64,000 nt of DNA from Balanoglossus misakiensis (taxonomy: Eukaryota; Animalia; Hemichordata), in assembly GCA_040954595.2 (NCBI GenBank), contig CM082592.2:4542735-4606734 (forward strand), in the 5' to 3' direction. Position numbers and translations under genes: made by a program. Below, piece after piece: positions 29,075-40,200 of this stretch. Numbering within the stretch: position 1 is the first letter of the stretch; the number at the start of each line of letters is the position of its first letter. The notes below the pieces were generated by a model. The model made no database searches and was not told where the DNA came from. It saw only the letters and a list, made by a program, of their open reading frames with translations.

Positions 29075-29128
<54 letters not shown>
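28605..29128 (+). repeat. (CTGT)n-(TATG)n-(TATC)n compound microsatellite downstream of array copy 4
   Basis: Direct reading; it explains the MYVC-repeat ORFs. Confidence 0.95.
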
Positions 29129-29263
29129 CCTAATTACCCCTACAAAACACCACAACACGTCTATTGCTTTGTAATATCTCTCTTTAATTCTTCCCTGGGC
29201 ATGCGCAGGAAGGTACCAGAATCTAAAACTATTAATAACCACTTCAACCCATTATGCACGACC

Positions 29264-30173
29264 TCAATAATTCCAGGTGTGTACAGGTTGGTAGTGCTTG
29301 CAGAAATAATACATGTCATCAAGGTGAGTCGTGTAGGAACAGTACTCCACGTCCGTGGAAAACGTCACTTCACCTGGTGGTTCCCAATAGAGGTTCTCGG
29401 AAAGTCTCTCCGGACAAGTCTGTGTGGATAAAAAAAAAACTGCCAAGTATTAACCGAATGCCACAAATGAAATCATTACTGGAACAAATGAAGTAAAACT
29501 TGGACGGCACAGCAAATGTTTTCATTCGCTTTGGGAATTTCACCCGATCGCTTGTTTCTCGTGAACTTACCTCCATGTGTTTGCAGACAACTGTAACGAT
29601 ATAACCAGTGTAGTATTTTGTTGTACAACTTAAGCATTCGCTTATCGCCACATCATCAAGTCTTGTCCCCTATAAAATACATTTTATTGCATAAAATACA
29701 TTTTATTGCAAACATGCACAGTGTTAATAAGATACCCAAGCCAAAAAGGCTATGATAATTAAATAATAACACATGTTAGCTAGGGCAATATAATGAATTT
29801 AGCGTGCGCGAGGGATGGTGATCTCTGACAATAACAATTACCGAGCATTAGTACATGTACTTACCAAGTCCACCGTGTCCACCTTGTCACGTACAACAGC
29901 CATCGATCTGAACGACTTCGTTGGACCGATAAATTGACCAACAGCCAGGTAAGTGTTGAAGGTTTTCACCAGGCGTTCGTTTTCCAACCTGTCGGGTAGA
30001 GCTAGCAACTCGTCGAAACAGTCAATATCTGCTACCACGTTCACGTTGTAAATGGCGTCATCGTAAATCTTATACGACAACGTAGTGCAAATCCATGGCT
30101 TCGAATGGAACGGCTGGTCAACACTACAACTGGCCAACGCCAGAAATGATAGTACGACAACAACGAGCTTCAT
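29264..30173 (-). CDS. Uncharacterised secreted cysteine-rich protein, array copy 4
   Basis: Exons 30173-29865, 29669-29571 and 29419-29264; intact frame and splice sites. Confidence 0.85.
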
Positions 30174-31713
30174 TGTCACGAGTTGCCTGAAACCACAAAA
30201 TAAATATACATTGCATGTTATATATGGAAAGTCTTGTCAAGTTGGTCAGGTTCATCCATTTCACACAGTTCTCGCACAGCGGACAAGTATCGAAATCTTG
30301 AGGACAACATTTTGGTTGTTACTTTCACATTCAGATAAAGTTTTGAAGCTATGTACGACGACTGTTCCAAGATCATTCAGTGGGCATGAATGACGAATAG
30401 AGCCTTACAGCATTATTGACATGATTCTCAGGCGCGCATGATTTTTACTTGGTGCAGTTCAGCTATATAACACATCCTTGTTTTAGGAAAAATGTTGTAT
30501 AAACTGTATCTTAGTCCACTCTTGCAGGTATCGGATCTTAAAACTACATTTACACTTGAACAAGCCCACTTCTATGGGGGTCACACAAAAACCATTAAAA
30601 AAGACGGTTCTGAAGCGTCTCAGATCAGATACCGTCTTAAAAAACACGAGTGGACGGTGTTTAGTGGTTCTGAAACGTGAAACAAAGTCTACAATCCGTC
30701 TAACTTACCAAGTCTGCACAGTCGTACGTCCGAGTTGGAACAAGACTAAATCTTAATATTTCACCGGAATAAATACCTTGTTTTCTCAATTTTAAATTGT
30801 ACAGTTTTTTTTATACGGGTGGGTAATAATATTTAATGCGCTCATGTATTTTGGGCTACGCTCATTTACTTAATTTTTGCCGTGGCATGCGTGGCGAAAA
30901 TATTAGATACTAGGCGAAATTACAATATTTCTTATGTGTATGAATGTGTGTATGATGTGGCTACCTGCCCACAACTACAGGTTAAATGCCAGGAAAATTA
31001 AAAAAACGTCGCATTTTCTTTGTTTTCTTAAGTAAAAAATGTAAATGAGCGGGGACCAGAATAGACGAATGCTATAAAATAATAAAAATAAAATAAAAGC
31101 TGTTTTTAGGACAACTGAGCGGCGCGACATCCGTCGATTGTGGGCTGTTCCATGAAGATAGCGACTGCAAATTGTCGAATTTATTTTGCTCACCTCAAAA
31201 TGAAAGCTCTACAACTTTTACTTTATATCTCCTATTTTTAAAATAACAAAAAACGAAACATGCGCCAAAACACGAGTTAGGTATCAAAACCCAAAATGAT
31301 TCTATTGGAAAAATGGGTTTACATAAGAAAGTCCACTGAGGATCTTGAAATAAAAATGTATGTAATCAGTGATAATAGCTAACAGAAATATCCACGCTGA
31401 AGATATATGGAGAATTCTTCTGCCTGTAATTGAGTGTAATTTAATAGTATATATATAGTTACTTGATGTCTCGTTGGAAAATAGTATTTTGTAAAGCTAT
31501 TATACATACTATTTATTTTGTACATTTAAAATAAAAATTATGCGGGTGGTGTGTAAGCTAGAAAATGGTTAGAGGACAGTGTCAGTGGATAAGAATGACA
31601 TTGTTCATCGGTTTATTTTTTGAATAATGGAAATAGTACCCATGTCATTAAAATCTCACTTTGCGGATATTTTCGGGTTAAAGATCTGATATTGTCGATT
31701 TCATACACGACAT

Positions 31714-31751
31714 TCTCTCTCTACCTCCCCCTCTCTCTCCCTACATCCCTC

Positions 31752-31783
<32 letters not shown>

Positions 31784-31795
31784 ACTCTCTCTCTC

Positions 31796-31839
<44 letters not shown>

Positions 31840-31840
31840 C
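31714..31840 (+). repeat. (CT)n-rich microsatellite downstream of array copy 5
   Basis: Direct reading. Confidence 0.93.
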
Positions 31841-31990
31841 CTCTTTACCCCTACGTTGTATACCAGTAAGCAAAACACCACAACACATCTATTGTTTTGT
31901 AATCATAACTTTAATTCTTCCCTTGTCATGCACAGGATCGTACCAGAATCTAAAACTATTAATAACCACTTCAACCCATTATGCACGACC

Positions 31991-32897
31991 TCAATAATTC
32001 CAGGTGTGTACAGGTTGGTAGTGCTTGCAGAAATAATACATGTCATCAAGGTGAGTCGTGTAGGAACAGTACCCCACGTCCGTGGAAAACGTCACTTCAC
32101 CTGGTGGTTCCCAATAGAGGTTCTCGGAAAGTCTCTCCGGACAAGTCTGTGTGGATAAAAAAACAATTGCCAAGTATTAACCGAATGCCACAAATGAAAT
32201 CATTACTGGAACAAATGAAGTAAAACTTGGACGACACAGCAAATGTTTTCATTCGCTTTGGGAATTTCACCCGATCGCTTGTTTCTTGTGAACTTACCTC
32301 CATGTGTTTGCAGACAGTTGTAACGATATAACCAGTGTAGTATTTTGTTGTACAACTTAAACATTCGCTTATCGCCGCATCATCAAGTTTTGTCCCCTAT
32401 AAAATACATTTTATTGCATAAAATACATGTTATTGCAAACATGCAACCACAGATACCCAAGCCCAAAAGGCTATGATAATTAAATAATAACACATGTTAG
32501 CTAGGGAAATATAATGAATTTAGCGTGCGCGAGGGATGGTGATCTCTGACAATAATAATTACCGAGCATTAGTACATGTACTTACCAAGTCCACTGTGTT
32601 CACCTTGTCACGTACAACAGCCATCGATCTGAACGACTTCGTTGGACCGATAAATTGACCAACAGCCAGGTAAGTGTGGAAGGTTTTCACCAGGCGTTCG
32701 CTTGCAAACATGTCAGGCAGAGCTAGCAACTCGTCGAAACAGTCAATATCTGTCTCCGCGATCACGTTGTAAATGGCGTCATCGTAAATCTTATACGACA
32801 ACGAAGTGCAAATCCATGGCTTCGAATGGAACGGCTGGTCAACACTACAACTGACCAACGCCAGAAATGATAGTACGACAACAACAACGAGCTTCAT
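31991..32897 (-). CDS. Uncharacterised secreted cysteine-rich protein, array copy 5
   Basis: Exons 32897-32586, 32396-32298 and 32146-31991; one extra Val in the signal peptide; one Cys codon TAC-TGT context retained (GYCS). Confidence 0.85.
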
Positions 32898-34232
32898 TGT
32901 CACGATTAGCCTGAAACCACAAAATAAATACATGTATACATTGCATGTTATATTATGGAAAGTCTTGTCAAGTTGGTCAGGTTCATCCATTTCACACAGT
33001 TCTCGCACAGCGGACAAATATCGAAATCTTGAGGACAACATTTTGGTTGTTACTTTCACATTCAGATAAAGTTTTGAAGCTATGTACGACGACTGTCCCA
33101 AGATCATTCAGTGGGCATGAATGACAAATAGAGCCTTACAGCATTATTGACATGATTCTCAGGCGCGCATGATTTTTACTTGGTGCAGTTCAGCTATATA
33201 ACACATCCTTGTTTTAGGAAAAATGTTGTATAAACTGTATCTTAGTCCACTCTTGCAGTTTTCGGATATTAAAACTACATTCACACTAGAACATAGCCAC
33301 TTCTATGGAGGTCACACACAAACCACTAAGACGGTTCTGAAGCGACGTCTCAGATCAGATACCGTCTTAAAAACACGAGTGGACTGTGTTTAGTGGTTCT
33401 GAAACGTCTAACAAAGTCTACAATCCGTCTAACTTACCAAGTCTGCACAGTCGTACGTCCGAGTTGGAACAAGACTAAATCTAAATATTTCCCCGGAATA
33501 AATACCTTGTTTACTCAATTTTAAATTGTACAGTTTTTTTATACGGGTGGGTTATAATATTTAATGCGCTCATGTATTTTGGGCTTCGCTCATTTACTTA
33601 ATTTTTGCTGTGGCATGCGTGGCGAAAATATTAGATACTAGGCGAAATAACAATATTTCTTATGTGTATGTGTATGTGTATGTGGCTACCTGCCCACAAC
33701 TACAGGTTATATGCCAGGAAAATTAAAAAAAACATCGCATTTTCTTTGTTTTCTTAAGTAAAAATGTAAATGAGCGGGGACCAGAATAGACGAATGCTAT
33801 AAAATAATAAAAATAAAATAAAAGCTGTTTTTAGGACAACTGAGCGGCGCGACATCCGTCGATTGCGGGCTGTTCCATGAAGATAGCGACTGAAAATTGT
33901 CGAATTTATTTTGCTCAATATACTCCTCAAAATGAAAGCTCTACCACTTTTACCTTATATCTCCTGTTTTTAAAATAACAAAAAACGAAACATGCGCCAA
34001 AACACGAGTTAGGTATCAAAACCCAAAACTGATCTATTAGCTAGAGAAATGGGTTTACATAAGAAAGTCCACTGAGGATCTTGAAATAAAAAAAATGCAT
34101 GTAATCAGTGATAATAGCTAACAGAAATATCTACGCTGAAGATCTGTGGAGAATTCTTCTGCCTGTAATTGAGTGTAATTTAATATTGCTCGTCGTTGAC
34201 AATTTGTCAGCGTGACACTACGTTCCGTGTCA

Positions 34233-37200
34233 TCATCCTTTGAGGTCAAAGGTCGTTGCCTTCCTTGCCACGGAGATCTGAAACGTTCGTATATCCATCG
34301 GTCGTAAGGTGACATCTGTGCCGCCATCTTGATTGGTATTCTTGTCTGAATGCGCTGTAAAAAAGATATATATCATCGTGGTCACACTCAAGCTGTGTTG
34401 GCGGTCAAGAGTGTACATATAAGTAGGCCTACATCAACAGGTCCCGAGAACATTGGCAATGACATGGAAATATCAGGGGCTGAAAAATATTCCCAGAAAT
34501 CTCACCGCATTTTTACGTGCAATGACGTCATTTAGGGTTGGACTTGATCAAAACGTCTATATGGTGTCCATGACAGTGAAATTTCACTTTTGAAACCAAC
34601 AGTTTAAGTTGCATAATTTTGACTGTAATATACAACGTGGGGATATATATTCACGTTCTTTGTATTGTATATGCAGTGGAAATACATCTTAATTGGCTAT
34701 GAATATAGTACACTTCCCAGAAATATAACCCATTGTATTTGGGGCCACTCCATACCGTTATATTTATCCGAAGCATATCATGGCCATACTTGGAATGTTA
34801 AGTATTAAAACTGGCTAGAAAAATAGCTGCATTATAGCATATATATCCCACCTTCCGTGTTTTCATCCTCCTTGGTATTCCAGTGTAGACGTTCAGACTG
34901 ATTTGCATACAGGTTGCCATCCAACGTTGTCTCTTGTAAACCGGTGATTTCAAAAACGGATTCAAACAATTTCTGTGAAGATCGGGTGAAAACATTTGAT
35001 GTAACGGCGCCCTCATTATATCAAACTATGTAAAAGCTATATATGTGTCGCTTTCTTTTGATCGAAATAATGGTTGTTGAAAAGAGTCATTTTCATGTGC
35101 TTACCTTCAACGACAGAGTGACAGGGCGAGATAAAGTCGGGTCCTCGTCCTTTTCAAAGGGATGCTCTAAACGAAGTAGGAGTTGGTTTTCGTCTGTCCC
35201 CCACTTTTCCAGGCCCAGAAGGTGGGCATTGGGCGGCAAAGTGATGTTCAGGTAAGAATACTGTAAATGATAAAATATTGGATGTTAACATCTTTTCTTT
35301 CCGAACTGTATATTATGCTCAAGTGAGGGAACTAGAAGATGAAACTTAACTACAACTGATTGACTTATAAAATCAACCCCAGTGAAATCGTTCGCGCTTA
35401 ACCATTGGGCAGGGGCTTCCAAATTCGACTCTCTTAAATGACGTCAGATTGGCCATCGATACAAATTAATGAGAAATGGGAAAAATAAATAAGATCAATA
35501 GTATCTTATTAAAAAAAAATGATTTCCAATTTTCAGTCACTCAGTCTGTCAGTCCGTCAGTCAGTTGACGGTATCTTTAATCTCATCTGTATAGAACATG
35601 CATGATTTCAGCTTACTCTGGTGTGGTATTTGGATTTCCAGTCTGGTAGCGACTCAGAAAACAGCAACACTGGTTTCGCAAATACTTGGAGTCCCAACTG
35701 TCGGTGCTTTGCGGCTGAGGTCGCCGGTCTTTCCAGAAGGACGCGGTGTTTGCCTCGGACAATCAACCCGTCACCATACTGTCCAGTTTCGTTCAGGGCT
35801 TCATTGACACTCCCGCCTTCATTGAAAAGAAGTCTCCTGTGAATCTATAGGGAAAACGCGAAAGAGTGTTGTGCGATTGCTTATTGGTAGTTCTATCTCA
35901 TGGTATAAGATATTTGTAATACATTCACGAAATGATTTAGCCTAATGACACACGATACAGCTCAATGTTCCAAAAGATTTACCATTAATTCCATGGCTCC
36001 GTCTTGCAAGCTACTACCACCATGGGACCTGTCTGTCAATACAGTTAGCTGCATCGCATCATCCTAAAATGGTTCAAAATGATGAATACTTAAACATTCT
36101 AGAAGTTTCAATACTTCATTATTAATTATTGTAACACGATTACTAGTATTATGTTCAAAAATTCTGACTATGTACGTGTATATGCTCAATATGTCTTGGC
36201 TACATTGGAAACGTACAGAACTTGAAGATGACATGAGAACTAAAAAAAGTTCATGATAAAGAATTATCTTTCACCTTGATGTAGATTCTGGAGTTGACGG
36301 GATAATAGTTGGCGGAAATCAAATCAGTGACAGGAAACGGAAACGTCTTTCTGTGATCACGTCTGAAATAAATAAGAACAACCGTGTGGGTTAATGCTGT
36401 ATTCTTTTATAAAGAGACATCAACGCAGTCACGGCATAACCCAAGATATAAGATCACATGTACAGTTTCAGGAGTTTTATTTTGCCAGAGTTTAATTACA
36501 CACACCTCCTCTTGATGATTTGCCTTCCATTGGCATCGGTGTAGAAGACCTTGTCAGTTTTCAAAGGTGTCTCAAAACGCGTTATTATTTCTTTCCCAAA
36601 TCCATCCCTGAAGAACAAACACATGTCTATGTAGTGCAATGGTTATTATATGTATGAAAAACTGATTCTAAGTGATCGGGAAAAATTCAATCAAAAGATT
36701 AGAACGTTACAGCGGATCTTGCATTTGACACAAGACGCAAAAAGCCATCCTGTGTGCTGATACACGTAAGATATCTCATATTGAGCAAAAATATCTCATT
36801 TATAAATGACATACTTGTGTGGAATCGGCCCAACAGTCCATTCGAATTCTGCGTGTCTTTGACCTTTATAAAGTCTTATCACTTGACTGAGCCAAGGTGT
36901 GAATTGTTGGTGGACTTCTTCCACGACGGCACCCTGGAAGTACAGGAATTGAATTTTATTTTCGTCAAATAGTAAAACCCGCGGAGCACGCATATGATTG
37001 GAAGCCGCAGGCACTTCTGGGTATTGCACAATCAGTGGCACATGGAACAAGTTAAAAGTGGAAAAAGGATCTACAGGATGAATCGACATAAACGAGGGAT
37101 TGCATACCTGCACATACGCCAGACTGACGTTCTTAGAAAACAGAGGTATGGGTTCCAAGCCAATCGGTCTAAACTTATAGTGATCTGATATGATGCTGCT

Positions 37201-40200
37201 GTACCAGTAGAACGACTGCTGTACTTCCAATGTCAGGTTGTCTTTCGAGTTACTCATGGATTTCAACAAACCGGAGCGACCGTCAAACGTTAGCTTCAAG
37301 TACTCATTCTTTATAGTGACGTCAGCGAAATCCTTGGTTCTCTTTATGGCAAAATTATCTCGATGCGCACTGGCTATGAAAAAAAATAAAACTGCATATA
37401 AAAGTTGTTTGTGGAAGTTGTCTGGGAGCTTGTCACCTGGCTATTAAAACTGTCACATTCGTCAAATATTGCAGTTATGCCTGCATACTTAAATAAAACG
37501 ATATATATAATTACAGTACCACCTACAACGATACTTACCCGTACGATCGATAGGTTTAGCACTTACCAGGTAAGTGCTGAACCCAACCGGTGGTAAGGTT
37601 GCAAGGAAGACCAGCTCGTGAGTCGCGTTGCCTTTATCTCGACGCACTCTCTTCGTCTCACTGGTAACTTCCATGACCTGAAAGAAAATTGTGAAACTCG
37701 TGTTATAAACAATATAAGGATGTTGGACTGTACTGGATACAGGCATTTTGACGATAGAGAGTTTCATGATTTCTGAGATGGGGATGGCCTGCACAACTTC
37801 TCCAAGCTAAAGGTAAATTTGAAAGTTTGTTGTGGTGTTTTTTTCTAAGACTCCCTTTACGATGTTGACTGGGACTAAATTGGGGAGAAGACACTGCTAA
37901 TTTTCCTCCTTTTGTATCACAAGGTAAGCAGACAATGAAAATACTGGCCTATCGCTTTGCACAGTCATATTTCACTAGGGTTATCCCTGAGAATATGATA
38001 GGTGGCAGAAGTGTAATACACAGACGAAAAGTCTTCTCAGCAACCTACCTGATGTAAAACCTGTTCCTGGTCTGGTCCGGTCACCGTGAATTGATCGCCG
38101 TTCACTGGGATTCTCACATGGTGTTTTACTTCTTGGGCTAATGGGTTATATGCAGTGACTGTAAACTAGATTGAAAGATGTTGCCAAAAACATGGTTATT
38201 GGACAATGGGCAGGGAAACAGTGCTGTTTGTGTGACACGAAGCAGTGTTGGCAGAAAAGACACGATATACATGAATAGGTGGCTAAATGTTTTACTTATC
38301 GGGGTACAAGAATATATTTTGCTATTTTAAGAATATACTCACTGAATTTGTCGACTCTGTCGCGCTGCATACACTTATATTTAGATAATTACAGAGAGAC
38401 AGTTTCGGTGCCGGGTCTGTTTTCGTCTTCGGCATCACTTGGGATACTACATCAGCCTGCAGAACCTATGAATATAATATTGTTCATTATTACCCAATTC
38501 AAGTTATCAATACATCTTACTTAAGCAGACTGTACATGAATGTTTTGGATACGAGTGACATCAAAAATGTGAAAATAGCTGACACAAATTGTTGATATGG
38601 ACGGTATTTAAAGTGTAACCGAATTCGTACCTGGCAGTTCTTAATCCCTATGGCCAGTCTCTTTGCATAGTCATCTGCTACATGTTGCTTTTCTGTTCCG
38701 CTGTAAAAAATTCACATGTATTCAATTTTAAATGGAACCTTGATTTTTTTTCACAGACAATTGCAATCTGTGTACAAAACATGAACAGTATTGTATAGCG
38801 GACATTGTACCCATGCAATAATCGTAATATACATGTACAAAGGGGAGATGTTTGGAAACTCGGCAAACTTCAAAGGAGTATGTTATTGTTCTCGTTTATA
38901 GCAGGTCAATAACCGAATCGTTCAAGTGAAACCAGCTGCCACCAAACTGAATCTTGGTAGGAGAACCAAAATAAAAAGGTTATAATTAACACATTGAAAA
39001 CAACGTCTGAAAGAGATACTCACGTGATGGCATCGTGGTGTTGAACAATGCCGATTGCATCCTCTGAAATAGTGAACAACTATAAATATGAAGATATATA
39101 TCACAAAATCAAAGTAAAGTGCAAAAATATTGTCTACTGTTTTTAGACATTTTGGCAATAGTTGAACAACAAACCTTGTATAAATGCCCATAATTACTTA
39201 CTCAACGACGAAGATTTAACAGTAACACCGGATAAAGCCTCAAGCTGTTTACATGTCTGGAATTAAGATGCAAAGGCGAGAATTTGTATTACTGATTTGA
39301 ACTTGTTGGTCTTTCGCGGATTTGTTGCTCTCACCTTCACCTTCACCTTCACATGACAAACCTCCAATATGACACTTTTTTCGCACAGTTCTAGGTTTCT
39401 GGTTGTACGGTGTTTCTCTTGTATAGCACAGTGCAGCCAGAAGTAGAAAAGGGACAGGGGACCCCTGGCACACTAACCTGGAGAACATTGCTTGCTTCTC
39501 TAGCATAACCCTTGAGAGCGGGCCGGCTGGTGTAGAACCCCGTCCAATAGCTGAACGGACTGCCGTATGGAAGGAAGTCGTCTTCCTTGGTGGACCACGT
39601 CTTGTTCGCTTGGTTCAATGCATGTAGATAGCAAGCTGGCGTCGAGTACAGTACGTGTACATTGGTACTATTTTCCTAGATGGAGGAAAAACCACGCTAA
39701 ACTTAACTGGCACACGAAGATTAATCTTTGTTGCCGTCTGCAGTATTAACTTCTGTTAACACTATGACACAAATTGTCGCATTTATTTCGCCTCTGGGGT
39801 AACCACAGTAACCACGACAAAGCTGAAACTGGTCCGTATGATCTTAAAAATAAAAATCCCCCCCACTTACCCTTTGATTGACGTACTTTATCAATTTATC
39901 CAAGTTTTTGAACCATTCATTTGCATTTTCGTAATTGAAGTCGTCGCCCATTGTCATCATTATGTGATTGGTCTGGAAAAAATCTGCCTGGATAAAAAAA
40001 TATTCGCATATGTATTTTAAGCGGTGATTATATCGAGAAAATGAAGATTGGTAACGCGTCACGCCGTCAGATGTGCGTCTGTGAAATTGTGGGAAGTGTG
40101 TAATCATGTATAATATCGCTTTGCTACCATTTTGGCAACACAAGTTGACGGTAATTTCTGCCTTTTTGGTGCAAAACACTAATCTTTGTAGAAAAGTAAT

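Noticed and set aside
28543-29174. Long MYVC-repeat ORFs (and the SL/ER-repeat ORFs at 22.4-22.7 kb and 25.3-25.8 kb)
   Set aside because: Stop-free frames of (TATG)n and (CT)n microsatellites; no coding signal.
34118-34327. ORF MAAQMSP... with a strong-looking AAGATGGCGGC start
   Set aside because: It is an alternative frame of the last mannosidase exon (LRPMDIRTF).
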